Shown: positions 38,231-48,634 of the stretch, piece after piece
Position numbering within the stretch: the stretch's first letter is position 1
Layout of the letters: each line of letters begins with the position of its first letter
Origin: Candidatus Bathyarchaeota archaeon
GTDB taxonomy: Archaea; Thermoproteota; Bathyarchaeia; TCS64
Reading direction: 5' to 3'
DNA: 64,000 nucleotides
Assembly: GCA_026014815.1 (NCBI GenBank)
Contig: JAOZHP010000110.1
Location: forward strand, 1,047-65,046
Made by a program: the position numbers and the translations under genes
The notes under the pieces: generated by a model
What the model was told of the DNA's origin: nothing
The model's database searches: none
Seen by the model: the letters and a program-made list of their open reading frames with translations, nothing else

Positions 38231-39202
38231 ATGAGCGAAGTGGGCTTACAGATTGATCCATTGAGCTATCTCAGGGGTTGTACAGAGCCTTGGATCGTGT
38301 ACAAACTTGTTGAGCATCTAAAAAAACCCACTGAACACGTTCTCAGTATCCTGGTTCAAAACGAGAAAATCACCGAGATCATCGATGAATGTAAAACATG
38401 GCCTGGGGAACCCATAAAGAGACATAATGACACGACTCACCTGTTTCATAAGATAGAGTTCCTTGCAGACCTCGGGCTCACAGTGGAGATTGAAGGGATA
38501 AGGGAGGTAGCTGACAGGGTGCTGGCTCACCAATCAGAGGAAGGTATGTTCCTGTCCAGCATCATTGTGCCTAAGGTCTGGGGAGGCTACGACAAGCCAT
38601 CGATGGACTGGATGCTCTGCGATGCCCCTGTTCATCTATATTCTCTGCTGTCTTTCGGAGTATCCAACGAGCAGACAGATGAAGCCGCGAGGAACCTAGT
38701 ATGGCTAGTCGAAAACAATGGATGGAGATGCATAAACTCCCTAGAAAAGTTCAGAGGACCAGGGAGAAAGGAAGATTTCTGTCCCTACGCCAACCTCATA
38801 GCATTGAAGGCACTGTCACTGCACCCAAAGTACAGGAAATCAGAGAGCTGTGAGCTAGGGATCGACGCCCAGTTGATGCATTGAGAGAACCGGGAAGGAA
38901 AAAAGGTCAGGATGTTCGGGATCGGCACCACTTTCAAACGACTGAAGTACCCGAACTTCTGGTACGACATTCTTCACGTGGTGGATGTGCTTAGCAGGTA
39001 TCCATACGCAGTAGAGCAGCCAGCCTTCAAGGAGATGTGGAACATTATAAGCGGGAAACAAAACAGAGAGGGGAGCTTCACACCTGAATCCATCTACAAG
39101 GCGTGGAGCGGCTGGAGCTTCGGTCAAAAGAAACAGCCGTCACCTTGGATGACGTACAAGATATGGCGGATTGACCAGAGGATTCGCGAGGTTGATGGTT
39201 AA
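38231..39202 (+). pseudogene. Prenyltransferase/squalene-oxidase repeat (PFTB) protein interrupted by an in-frame TGA at 38882-38884
   Basis: ORFs 38231..38884 and 38912..39202 are in the same frame and carry QxxxG(F/W) repeats (QSEEGMF, ENNGWRC, QNREGSF). Confidence 0.5.
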
Positions 39203-39326
39203 CAATTCTCGGTACCCATTAAGGATCGAGGAAGAGGTCATCAAGTGACCCCTTGAAGGCCCGTATTCTAGGCTCCATCCATCTTTCAGAAAAAATTGAT
39301 AAAACCCTTTCATCAATATCATTCAT

Positions 39327-39722
39327 GTGAGCTACCTCTTCTACTGCACTAACAAGACCACGGACGAGTGCCTAGAGAAGGGACTTTTCGGGAACAGTAA
39401 ACAACACTGGGACAAAGTAAAGAAGATCAAGATAGGTGACCCAGTGTTTCTGTACAACCTTAGCACCGGGTGCCTTATAGGACCATTCAGAGCATCATCA
39501 AGACCCAAGATACATCTTGACCCATACGCGTTTCTGAAAAAAGGCAATTTCCCGGCGCAGGTGGAGGTCACATGGACTCTGATAGGTGAGATCAAGGCAG
39601 CACACAAGATACTTCCCTTCCTCTCGAGGCAGTTGAAGTGCAGGTTGACGCCGACTGAGACAGTGAAGGTGCTCCAAGCCCTTCATGAGGTGATGGGGAG
39701 GAAGGTATATTCTTGGCTCTAG
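39327..39722 (+). CDS. DCD-domain (PUA-like) protein
   Basis: FYCTNKTTDECLEKGLFG, VFLYN and FPAQV motifs match the DCD signature FxCN...EC...LFG / LFLY / PAQV. Confidence 0.5.
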   Translation: MSYLFYCTNKTTDECLEKGLFGNSKQHWDKVKKIKIGDPVFLYNLSTGCLIGPFRASSRPKIHLDPYAFLKKGNFPAQVEVTWTLIGEIKAAHKILPFLSRQLKCRLTPTETVKVLQALHEVMGRKVYSWL

Positions 39723-39780
39723 GTGGAAACTCTTAAAGGGTTATCTAGTTGATACGTCTCCTATCAGAAGGTTTGTTCAC

Positions 39781-40851
39781 ATGGGCATCAGGGTAGCAAT
39801 CGCGGGTGTAGGCAACTGCGCGTCAGCCCTCATCCAAGGAGTAGAGTACTATAAGGACGCGAAACGAGATGAGATGATACCGGGCGTCATGCACGTCTAT
39901 TTCGGCGACTACCACATCAATGAGATCGAGTTCGTCGCTGCCTTCGAGGTAAACAAGCACAAGATCGGTAAAGACCTCTCAGAGGCCATCTGGGCCGAGC
40001 CTAATAATTGCGCAAAATTCGCAGAGGTTCCAGAGACCGATGTAATTGTTCAACCAGCACCTATCATGGACGGCGTCGCTCCCCACATGTACGAGAGCTT
40101 CCACGCAGACAAATCCATCGAGCCAGTTGATGTGGCACAGGTGCTACGTGACACCAAGGCGGATATGCTTATCAACTATCTTCCAGTCGGAAGCGCTGAG
40201 GCCACACAGATGTACGCACAAGCCTGTCTAGACGCCGGCTGCGCATTCATCAACTGTATCCCCGAGTTCATCGCCTCAAGACCAGAGTGGGCCCAAAAGT
40301 TCGTGGACGCTGGTCTACCAGTAGCAGGAGACGACATCAAGAGCCAAGTAGGTGCAACCATCCTTCACCGCGTGGTCGCCAAACTATTCTATGACAGAGG
40401 CGTAGTCCTTGACAGCACGTACCAGCTCAACATAGGTGGAAACACTGATTTCGAGAACATGACAGTCGAGAACAGGCTCCAAACCAAGCGAGTAAGCAAG
40501 ACCCAGGCAGTCCAGAGCCTCATCCCATACGATGTGCCAACACGAATAGGCCCAAGTGACTACGTTCCCTTCTTAGAGGACCAAAAGATCTGCTACATCA
40601 GGGTCAACAGTCACAGCTTTGGTAACCTGCCCATCACTTTCGACGCAAAACTTGTGGTAAACGACAGCCCCAACAGCGCAGGAGTAGTCATCGATGCTAT
40701 AAGAGCGACGAAGATCGCGCTCGACAGGAAGATCAGCGGTCCACTACTGGGTATAAGCAGTTACAGTTTCAAACATCCGCCACAGCAGGTGTCAGATGAC
40801 AAAGCCCACCAGTGGGTTGAGGACTTTATTCAGGGAAAAGTAGAGCGTTAG
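39781..40851 (+). CDS. ino1: myo-Inositol-1-phosphate synthase (archaeal type)
   Basis: N-terminus IRVAIAGVGNCASALIQGVEYYK. Confidence 0.85.
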   Translation: MGIRVAIAGVGNCASALIQGVEYYKDAKRDEMIPGVMHVYFGDYHINEIEFVAAFEVNKHKIGKDLSEAIWAEPNNCAKFAEVPETDVIVQPAPIMDGVAPHMYESFHADKSIEPVDVAQVLRDTKADMLINYLPVGSAEATQMYAQACLDAGCAFINCIPEFIASRPEWAQKFVDAGLPVAGDDIKSQVGATILHRVVAKLFYDRGVVLDSTYQLNIGGNTDFENMTVENRLQTKRVSKTQAVQSLIPYDVPTRIGPSDYVPFLEDQKICYIRVNSHSFGNLPITFDAKLVVNDSPNSAGVVIDAIRATKIALDRKISGPLLGISSYSFKHPPQQVSDDKAHQWVEDFIQGKVER

Positions 40852-41345
40852 GGAAGCCAGAGCTCAAGCTCTGCCTCAGCTTCCTCAGGGTTCCCTGAGG
40901 CGTGGACCAAATTTTCCACGGCTCGCCCTTCCTCAGTGCTCTTAGCGATGGAGTCAATGCCAAGGTCACCCCTTATCGTGCCTTTCTCAGCCGAAGCTGG
41001 GTCCGTGTACCCTGTGACCCTTCGCACTTCTTTGATAGCGTCATCGCCTCCGATCCGGATAGCCAGTATCGGTCCCCTGCTGAAGTAGCCTCTAAGTTTC
41101 TCAAGGACCTTCATTCCATGTGCCGCGGGATCTGTGATACTGGGCACAACTGCCTGAGCTTTCTTGCCTATGCTGAGAGCCATCGTGTCAGGATAATGTT
41201 TCTTGAGCCGATCAATCTCCACCTTGCCGTAGAACTTAATGTCGAGGATCTTGAGGCCTGCGTCCTCGTAGTACTTGATAGCATTGCCTATTAGGTTGCG
41301 TTCAAGGGCGTCTGATTTGAGTATAACAAGTGTCTCCTGATACAT
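40848..41345 (-). CDS. ndk: Nucleoside diphosphate kinase
   Basis: ETLVILKSDA N-terminus and a C-terminal HASGNPEEAE pattern. Confidence 0.75.
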   Translation of the reverse strand: MYQETLVILKSDALERNLIGNAIKYYEDAGLKILDIKFYGKVEIDRLKKHYPDTMALSIGKKAQAVVPSITDPAAHGMKVLEKLRGYFSRGPILAIRIGGDDAIKEVRRVTGYTDPASAEKGTIRGDLGIDSIAKSTEEGRAVENLVHASGNPEEAEAELELWLP

Positions 41346-41425
41346 GGTGAACCGATATACGGGCGTGTTTTAAGGTTTAACGGTCACTGTGTTGAAAAAA
41401 AGGAGGACGGCGGATCATCTCACAT

Positions 41426-41701
41426 CTACTCAGTAAGCTCTGCTCTTGGTATGACGGCCAGAGCCTTCACCATTTCAGAGTCTAGCTCAGAGTTTTCCTC
41501 GTAGTATGTCTTATGTTGAATGTCGTAACGGCTCTCCATGTTTGGGTCAGCCTTCATTATGAGGTGCATCCGTAGGGCACCTGGGCCAAGTCTAGTAGTG
41601 AACTCGCAGCCTGGGACTGGACACTTGAATCGATCAATATTGTCACCGTGAGGCGTGAGTATGATGTACTTTTTAAATTGGTCTGGGATGTTAAGGGACA
41701 A
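41426..41701 (-). CDS. Hypothetical small protein with a C2H2-like zinc-finger motif
   Basis: FKCPVPGCEFTTRLGPGALRMH. Confidence 0.35.
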   Translation of the reverse strand: MSLNIPDQFKKYIILTPHGDNIDRFKCPVPGCEFTTRLGPGALRMHLIMKADPNMESRYDIQHKTYYEENSELDSEMVKALAVIPRAELTE

Positions 41702-41844
41702 GTCTTCCCAGTATATTTACAGATAAGAACGCGAGATATATGCGTTACCCGTAATTGTAGCTAAATTCCATTAAAACGTGAAGGAAGCAAGCTATTATTC
41801 CACTAGAAATAAAACAAGAAAAAATTAGATTTAACAGAGCAGGA

Positions 41845-42039
41845 TTATCTTCGCTGTCGGAGCTTCCAAGCCTCGGTCCACTTGAACTTTCGTGGGTCAC
41901 GGCCCAGCTTTATAGTGCTCTTACGGCATTTACCGCTACAGAACCTCAAAACTCTTCCGTCACGCCTAACGAAGTTCATCCCCGTTCCTGGCGCTATCTC
42001 CGTGCCGCAGAAACTACATTTATGGACTTGGGGCACCAC
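41845..42039 (-). CDS. rpl24e: Ribosomal protein L24e
   Basis: [13 protein letters not shown]...RFCSGKC zinc ribbon. Confidence 0.9.
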   Translation of the reverse strand: MVPQVHKCSFCGTEIAPGTGMNFVRRDGRVLRFCSGKCRKSTIKLGRDPRKFKWTEAWKLRQRR

Positions 42040-42046
42040 GATTCAC

Positions 42047-42259
42047 CTATCGGATCTTCCTGGCTTCACGTTCTGTGTCCCTAAGGCGCAGAATGTCGTC
42101 GATCCTCACAGGACCTTTGATGTTCCTTGTGATGATACGACCCTTGTCCCTGCCGTCCTCAATCCTGACTCTTACCTGCATAATCTCGCCTGTTAGCCCA
42201 GTCCTTCCAAGGATCTGTATTACGGTAGCGGGTGTGAGAAGGTCAGAATCTTGGCTCAT
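42047..42259 (-). CDS. rps28e: Ribosomal protein S28e
   Basis: 70 aa; ...[16 protein letters not shown]... pattern. Confidence 0.9.
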   Translation of the reverse strand: MSQDSDLLTPATVIQILGRTGLTGEIMQVRVRIEDGRDKGRIITRNIKGPVRIDDILRLRDTEREARKIR

Positions 42260-42260
42260 T

Positions 42261-42722
42261 CTACTTCACAATTTCCTGTAGTTTGTTTATGATCTCTGAC
42301 ACCAGAGCCTCTGCGTCGCCAGCTTCTTCGATGGCGGCTGCAGCGGAACTAACGTTAATACCGAGAGCGTCACCGATCTTCTGCCTCTCAGGCACATACA
42401 CGTATGGTGCCTTCCTCTCATCGCAGAGTAGCGGTAGGTGTGCCACAATCTCTGGTGGCTGCACGTTCTCAGCTATGAGTACGAGCTTTGCTTTACCCCT
42501 CTCGATGGCTTTGGTGGCCTCGTTTGTTCCCTTTCTGATTTTTCCTGACTCTGAGGCAATCTTAAGTGCCTCGTAGGCTGCGTCTGCAACTTCTTTCGGT
42601 ACTTCGAACCTTACGTAGAAGGGTTTCGAAGGATCTACATCTGTGGACATGTCATTTCCCTCAGCGTGCATAGTGTTACCTATGCATTCTTTATTAAACG
42701 TATCGTTGGTTAACATGAACAT
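42261..42722 (-). CDS. rpl7ae: Ribosomal protein L7Ae. True start is probably an internal Met near 42650.
   Basis: [30 protein letters not shown] core. Confidence 0.9.
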   Translation of the reverse strand: MFMLTNDTFNKECIGNTMHAEGNDMSTDVDPSKPFYVRFEVPKEVADAAYEALKIASESGKIRKGTNEATKAIERGKAKLVLIAENVQPPEIVAHLPLLCDERKAPYVYVPERQKIGDALGINVSSAAAAIEEAGDAEALVSEIINKLQEIVK

Positions 42723-42766
42723 GTGAATTTTTAACGAAAAGACTTACCTGTCGATGAAGCGAGGAG

Positions 42767-43120
42767 TTAGACTTGAGTTACTTGCTCCTTGGACTGGTTA
42801 TACTCCTCGAATATCGGAGCGTAGACCCGGCAGAAATAATCGCATGCCTCCTGAGCACCCACTCTTCCTTTCTCGGTGAGTGTGTATATCTTCTTTCTTC
42901 CCTCTTCTCGTGTTGTGACCATCCCGTTTTTCTCTAGTTCCTTTAACGCAGGGTACAGTGTTCCGGGGTTGGGTTTGGTTCCTCTCATCTTCTCTAATGC
43001 TTTCGCTAGCTCCTGTCCGTACATGTCTTTTTTCATGAGTTGCCACAGGATCGTGAAGGATAGGAATCCTCTCATGTCGCAGCATGTTGGTGCGCAGCAT
43101 ACGTCGTTTTGTTGGTCCAT
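42767..43120 (-). CDS. PadR-family transcriptional regulator
   Basis: PadR wHTH pattern YGQELAKALE...PGTLYPALKELEKNGMV. Confidence 0.75.
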   Translation of the reverse strand: MDQQNDVCCAPTCCDMRGFLSFTILWQLMKKDMYGQELAKALEKMRGTKPNPGTLYPALKELEKNGMVTTREEGRKKIYTLTEKGRVGAQEACDYFCRVYAPIFEEYNQSKEQVTQV

Positions 43121-43185
43121 TACTACTTATTGGATGACCGATACTTTTTTATATTTCGCTCAAATATTATTGGATACCCAATAAT

Positions 43186-43968
43186 ATGATGAGTGTAATG
43201 ACGGAAAAAGAGTCAATTAAAGAAGTAATAAAGGAGAGATACGGGTCCCACGCCCTCAAAGCACAGCAGACAGCACAGTCATGCTGCGGGCCAACCACGA
43301 TAACAGATTGTGGGTGCGGATGTGGAGCAACCCCTGACCAATACGCCAAGGGCATAGGTTACACCCAAGAAGAGTTAACCAACTTACCCGATACAGCTAT
43401 AACTGCGGCAGCCGGATGCGGCAACCCCACAGCCATAGCTGGACTAAAGGAAGGAGAGGTGGTTCTAGACTTGGGGTCGGGTGGAGGAATCGACGTTTTC
43501 CTGTCAGCCCAGAAAGTAGGGCCGAACGGAAAAGCTATCGGCGTAGACATGACCGATGAGATGCTGGACCTCGCGAGGAAGAACGCCAAAGAGTTAGGAA
43601 TAGAGAACGTAGAGTTTAGGAAAGGTGACATCGAGGAACTTCCAGTCGAGGACGAATCGGTGGATGTCATAATCAGCAACTGCGTCATCAACCTAGCGCC
43701 AGATAAAGACAAAGTTTTCAGAGAAGCCTACAGAGTACTCAAGCCAGGAGGCAGACTCACGGTTTCAGACATAGTCACCAAAAATGAGCTTCCACAACAC
43801 ATCAAAGATAACCTAGACCTCTGGGCTGGATGCGTCTCAGGGGCTATACCCGCTGAACAGTACATGGGTAAGCTCAGGGACGCAGGATTCAAGGAAGTCA
43901 AAGAGATCGCGAGCAGAGGCTTCGGTGCGGTGTACAGCGCGGAGATAGAGGCCCACAAGCCACTGTAG
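43186..43968 (+). CDS. arsM: ArsM-like SAM-dependent methyltransferase (arsenite methyltransferase family)
   Basis: Cys-rich N-terminus (CCGP, CGCGCG) and SAM motif VLDLGSGGGID. Confidence 0.7.
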   Translation: MMSVMTEKESIKEVIKERYGSHALKAQQTAQSCCGPTTITDCGCGCGATPDQYAKGIGYTQEELTNLPDTAITAAAGCGNPTAIAGLKEGEVVLDLGSGGGIDVFLSAQKVGPNGKAIGVDMTDEMLDLARKNAKELGIENVEFRKGDIEELPVEDESVDVIISNCVINLAPDKDKVFREAYRVLKPGGRLTVSDIVTKNELPQHIKDNLDLWAGCVSGAIPAEQYMGKLRDAGFKEVKEIASRGFGAVYSAEIEAHKPL

Positions 43969-43981
43969 GTAAACGAAAGAC

Positions 43982-44215
43982 ATGACAGAATGTATAGTAA
44001 CCGAAAAGGAAGTGCTGGAGGACCCAACCTGCTACACCCTAGAGGGAGTGTTAACCGTCTTTCATCTGAGGGACATCGAGCTAAAGAAAAAGAACCAAGT
44101 CGCATTAACAAGCATACAAGAAATTCTAATGACTGAGGAAGACCGGGTCTACAGCGTCGAGGAGACGCTGGACAGAGTCCTTGGATTTTATAAGAGGTTC
44201 GTACCCTACACTTGA
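43982..44215 (+). CDS. Hypothetical protein
   Basis: ORF track only. Confidence 0.3.
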   Translation: MTECIVTEKEVLEDPTCYTLEGVLTVFHLRDIELKKKNQVALTSIQEILMTEEDRVYSVEETLDRVLGFYKRFVPYT

Positions 44216-44222
44216 CTCCTTT

Positions 44223-45959
44223 TTATTTATGGGAGTAGTATGCCACGAAAGGCTCAACGGAGTCTACGCGGCAGAACCCGAACCGTTCGAACTGGAACAT
44301 TTCATCGATTTTCATATCAAGGCACTGTTCCTCAATCAAGCCCTTCACAACAGAGGCGTCAGGCATAATCACTTTTCCCTCGACTCCGACACCCATCGGC
44401 AGCCAGTGTATGAACGGTGCCTTTGCCTCACGGGCAACTTGATATTCCTCTGAGTGGAACCGGGCCTTCACTTCACCTGATGAAACTTCAGTTACTTCAA
44501 AGTTCATCACGCTCATAAGCCGTACCAGTTTACCGACTTTTAATTTCTCAAGGTCTGAGCCCGAGATGTTAAACGTGAAGCTCCCGTTCTCGGGAGTAAT
44601 CACGTAGTCTCTTGTACCTTTCTCAGGATGATCCGGGTGAAGCGGGAGCTTTGCCACGTGACTAGTGGGTATATCCGAGACAGTGAACTTGACTGGAGTC
44701 GAAATAAAGAAGAACCTGTTTGCGGATGGATCGATGAGTTTCCTGTTCTCCGCTGCGATGTTATCCCAGCTGATTGTTACATTTACGGGTTTCGGGCCTA
44801 TATGGATCATTATTGCTCGGATGGTCTCGGGCTGAAAACCGCGTTTCCTGAGCGCCTTCAGTGTACCAAGCCGAGGATCGTCCCATCCACTGTATGTGCC
44901 TTCCTCGATACCAGCCCTTATCTTGGATTTACTGAGTATGCCCACCTCAAGTCCGAGGCGGCCTACGTTGATTATCTCGGGGTATTGCCAGCCGAGATGT
45001 TTCTGGAGCCACCTCTGCCGCGTGGTATTCACGTCGTGCTCCTTGCCCCTGATGATATGTGTAACGCCCATCAAGTGGTCGTCCAGCCCACAACTAAAGT
45101 TGTACAAAGGCCATACACGGTACTTATTACCCTGTCTGGGGTGCTCCACGTCGCTTATTCTTAACGCCGGCCAGTCACGCACTGCAGGGTTAGGGTCGTT
45201 AAGGTCGGTCTTGATGCGCACCACCGCGTCTCCTTTCTTGTAGGTGCCGTCAAGCATCATGTTCCAGCGTTTCAACTGCTCCTCTACTGGCAGGTCCCGG
45301 CATGGGCAGGCGCAGCTCTTCATGTATAGCTCCCGAAAGTCTTCGGGTTCGCAGGTACAGACATAGGCGTTCCCTTCTTCAAGCACCTTCACGGCGTACT
45401 TATGGTAAAGCTCGATGCGATCGCTCTGGATGTACTTCTCATCCACCTTTACTCCTAGCCAGTCAAGGTCCTCTAAGATGGCGTCATACATCTCAAGTAT
45501 CGGGGGCTTGACCTCGGCGCTTGTGTCCTCATACCTGAGAATGAAGTGACCGTCATACATCTTGGCGTACTCATCACAGAAGATGATGGGCTCAGCGCTT
45601 CCCAGGTGGAGCGCGCCGTCAGGGTTAGGCGCGAACCTTGTCTTGACCATAGGCCACTTGTCAACGTTCTCCAGCGGGGGAAGAGTCTTTTTCGCCTCCT
45701 TGACCTTCTTCTTCTCAAGTAACTCTGGGTATTTTTCTTCTATGAATCGTTGCTGCTGTTCCTGTGTCCATGAGTTCACTTCCTTGATTGCCTGATTGAT
45801 GACGGGTACAACCTCTTTGACTCTCTGTTTCAGCGCAGGGTACTCGGCGAGGACCTTGCCAATTACTGAGCCTGTGCTGGCTTTGCCGTCGTGCTGAGAG
45901 GCGTTGTGAGCCGCGAACTTTGATGCGGCTGCCTTGATGTCTTCGTTACTCATGGACAA
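44223..45959 (-). CDS. gltX: Glutamate--tRNA ligase, archaeal type
   Basis: 578 aa class-I aaRS with HLGSA-like and KMSKS-like elements. Archaeal GluRS length. Confidence 0.8.
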   Translation of the reverse strand: MSMSNEDIKAAASKFAAHNASQHDGKASTGSVIGKVLAEYPALKQRVKEVVPVINQAIKEVNSWTQEQQQRFIEEKYPELLEKKKVKEAKKTLPPLENVDKWPMVKTRFAPNPDGALHLGSAEPIIFCDEYAKMYDGHFILRYEDTSAEVKPPILEMYDAILEDLDWLGVKVDEKYIQSDRIELYHKYAVKVLEEGNAYVCTCEPEDFRELYMKSCACPCRDLPVEEQLKRWNMMLDGTYKKGDAVVRIKTDLNDPNPAVRDWPALRISDVEHPRQGNKYRVWPLYNFSCGLDDHLMGVTHIIRGKEHDVNTTRQRWLQKHLGWQYPEIINVGRLGLEVGILSKSKIRAGIEEGTYSGWDDPRLGTLKALRKRGFQPETIRAIMIHIGPKPVNVTISWDNIAAENRKLIDPSANRFFFISTPVKFTVSDIPTSHVAKLPLHPDHPEKGTRDYVITPENGSFTFNISGSDLEKLKVGKLVRLMSVMNFEVTEVSSGEVKARFHSEEYQVAREAKAPFIHWLPMGVGVEGKVIMPDASVVKGLIEEQCLDMKIDEMFQFERFGFCRVDSVEPFVAYYSHK

Positions 45960-46052
45960 TTTATTTCTCGGAGGATAAACAGTGGGATATCTATTATTCC
46001 TTTCTCATAAACCCAAAAAATAAGAAAACAGGGTTATCCCCTCGAATACCCT

Positions 46053-46331
46053 CTAAAGATTATTCTTGAGAGCCTCAAAGTCTCTCTCAAGACTAAATGA
46101 ACGAACCTTGTACTCAAGCAGGTGTTTTATCGCCCTTATATCGTCCTCTAAAAACTTGATTTGATGAAGGGTTTCAAGAATATACTCAACGTTCTCTGGG
46201 GTAATGTCCTGTTCTGAGAAATGCGCCTCTAGTTGCCTAAAAGAGCTATTCAGTAGATCCTGTGTCTGATCTATATTTCGTGTTTTACTTTTTTTCACAG
46301 TTCTATCCTCGCACACAGGTAGTGAATGCAA
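46053..46331 (-). CDS. Hypothetical protein
   Basis: ORF track only. Confidence 0.3.
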   Translation of the reverse strand: MHSLPVCEDRTVKKSKTRNIDQTQDLLNSSFRQLEAHFSEQDITPENVEYILETLHQIKFLEDDIRAIKHLLEYKVRSFSLERDFEALKNNL

Positions 46332-46483
46332 CTTAACGTATTGATGAGAGCATATGTAAAGAACGCTGTGGAACGATTGTTCCTAACTATTCCAAGTATA
46401 TATTTCGTATATAGAATACATATCTAAAAAATCAAGAATTTATTACAAATTATAGAGAATTTAAGGAAAATATATGAGTTTAA

Positions 46484-47488
46484 TTAATAATCACGTTTTA
46501 CGAAATACTCTACCAGAGACTTTAACTCGTCTTTAGCTGGGTTATCCGGTATCACATCCAGCATTTTCAGCGCGTTCTTAGTGTAATCTTCCGCCACCTT
46601 CACAGCGCTTTGGATGGAGCCAATGTCGTATAGCGTTTTCACCGCAGCTTCAATGGACTCAGTTGACGCGTCCTCAACTCCGAGAGCACTCATTAATACT
46701 TTCTTTTGCTCAGGCGTGGCATTCTCGAGGGCGTGTATCACTATTAGGGTCTTCTTGCCTTCCCTGATGTCGCTTCCAACGGGCTTACCAAGCTTCTTCT
46801 CATCCGCGGTGATGCCCAGAATATCATCCACTATCTGGAAAGCGATGCCTGCGTCCCACGCGAACCTACCAAGCGCCTCGATCTGTTCATCTGAAGCGCC
46901 TCCAACGGTGGCGCCGACCTCGGCACATGCGCTGAAGAGAGCACTGGTCTTTGCGCCTACCATGAGGATGTAATCCTTTGAGTTTACGTCACCGGCGTCA
47001 GGAAAGCTGATATCAAGAGCCTGACCCTCGCATAGAGTCAGAGTTGCGTTCGTGGTTTTTCTGATTGCTGAAAGTACTTTGATGGGGCTCATTGACGCGG
47101 GGGCGTTCTTCGCCATGATGTCGTAGACCTTAGCGAATAGGAGATCACCAGCGAGAATTGCCATAGCGTCACCATACTTTGTGTGAACAGTTGGGTTGCC
47201 TCGCCTCAGGTTGTCATGGTCCATCACGTCGTCATGGACCAGCGTGAAGTTATGCAATATCTCCAATGCAGCCGCGAAGGGCACAGCGTCAGCGGGGTTT
47301 CCGCCCACTGCTTCACATGCCTTCACGGTTAAGAAAGGTCGCAGCCGTTTGCCTCCTGCCTCGATTAGGTGGCGACTGGCCTCGTAAAGAATCTTAGGCT
47401 TCCTGTCTTTCAGGGCTTCAACGATGAATGAGTCTACCTTCTCGGCGTTCTCGACAATCTTTCTCTTGATGATCTGGTCCTGAGCCAT
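46484..47488 (-). CDS. idsA: Geranylgeranyl diphosphate synthase (trans-polyprenyl synthetase)
   Basis: DDxxD motifs (LVHDDVMDHD, DDILG). Confidence 0.85.
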   Translation of the reverse strand: MAQDQIIKRKIVENAEKVDSFIVEALKDRKPKILYEASRHLIEAGGKRLRPFLTVKACEAVGGNPADAVPFAAALEILHNFTLVHDDVMDHDNLRRGNPTVHTKYGDAMAILAGDLLFAKVYDIMAKNAPASMSPIKVLSAIRKTTNATLTLCEGQALDISFPDAGDVNSKDYILMVGAKTSALFSACAEVGATVGGASDEQIEALGRFAWDAGIAFQIVDDILGITADEKKLGKPVGSDIREGKKTLIVIHALENATPEQKKVLMSALGVEDASTESIEAAVKTLYDIGSIQSAVKVAEDYTKNALKMLDVIPDNPAKDELKSLVEYFVKRDY

Positions 47489-47538
47489 TATGATCCCTGT
47501 TTCACACTATGACATTTAAGAAAGTTGATAAAAGTTAC

Positions 47539-48630
47539 CTAAGAACGCTGTGCATACGCTTCAGGTTTGAAGCCTCTAAGCTTGAGCCACTCAGCAGTAC
47601 GGCCCATAACTAGCGCGGGCACCGTCTTCAAGTCATCGACACGCCGCGCACCCACGAGGAACATGACTACCTTGAATTCTTGGATAATATGATCCACGTA
47701 TTCCGCCAACTGTTCGCGTCCAATGATAGCTTTCTTTAGGAATGGCTTCGCCATACCCGCTGCATCCGCCCCCAAGACAATGGACTTGGCGACCTCGGCT
47801 CCTGTCCTGATTCCCCCTGATGCGATGATCTTTAACTTTGTCCTTTGACTAGTCTCTACGACGCTGACGGCTGTCGGTATACCCCAGTTCCAGAGGGCCT
47901 TTCCTAGATACTCCATATCCTTTTTACCGACCTCCTTAGCGATGTGATACTCTACGGCGCTCCAACTGGTGCCTCCAAGCCCACTGATCTCCAATCCTTT
48001 TATGCCCGCCTTCTCAAACGCTTCTGCTTCCTCGTATGCTATTCCGCAGCCCGTCTCCTTCATGATGATTGGAGTGGTGATCTCGTCTACGATCTCTTTG
48101 ACCTTGACCATTATCCCGCTGTAGTTGGTGTCTCCGCCAACCTGAACCGCTTCCTGTAGTGGGTTCATGTGAAGCGCCATAGCGTCTGCCTTGACCATCT
48201 CGATACAGGTTCTAACCTCATCGACGCCCCAACCAATAGATAGCTGGGGAGTGCCAACGTTCCCGATGACAAGGGAGTTAGGCGCTTCCTCCCTGATGAT
48301 GCTGAAAGTATGGGCGGTCTCGGGTTGGTCAACGGCTATTCTCTGGCTTCCAGCGCTGATGCCTATGCCCTTCTCCTCGGCAACTGAGGCGAGGACTTTG
48401 TTGATCTCCTTGGCTTCCTCGGTTCCACCTGTGATGGCGCTGATGATGAGTGGGGCCGCGAGTTTTCTTCCGAACAACATCGTCTCGGTGGAAACATCAT
48501 CTAAGTCTAGCTCAGGTAACGCCCTGTGAATGAGGCGTACGTCACTGAACCCGGTCCCTATGTCTCCCTCCACGTCCTCCTCAAGGCTGACACGGATATG
48601 TCTCAATTTCCTTTCTTCTATCCCACTCAT
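47539..48630 (-). CDS. fni: Isopentenyl-diphosphate delta-isomerase type 2 (FMN-dependent)
   Basis: 363 aa, IDI-2 TIM-barrel pattern. Confidence 0.85.
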   Translation of the reverse strand: MSGIEERKLRHIRVSLEEDVEGDIGTGFSDVRLIHRALPELDLDDVSTETMLFGRKLAAPLIISAITGGTEEAKEINKVLASVAEEKGIGISAGSQRIAVDQPETAHTFSIIREEAPNSLVIGNVGTPQLSIGWGVDEVRTCIEMVKADAMALHMNPLQEAVQVGGDTNYSGIMVKVKEIVDEITTPIIMKETGCGIAYEEAEAFEKAGIKGLEISGLGGTSWSAVEYHIAKEVGKKDMEYLGKALWNWGIPTAVSVVETSQRTKLKIIASGGIRTGAEVAKSIVLGADAAGMAKPFLKKAIIGREQLAEYVDHIIQEFKVVMFLVGARRVDDLKTVPALVMGRTAEWLKLRGFKPEAYAQRS

Positions 48631-48634
48631 AGTA

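Noticed and set aside
38882-38884. In-frame TGA read as selenocysteine
   Set aside because: No Cys partner and no evident SECIS-like hairpin, and the window's FdhA uses Cys not Sec. A nonsense mutation or sequencing error is more parsimonious.
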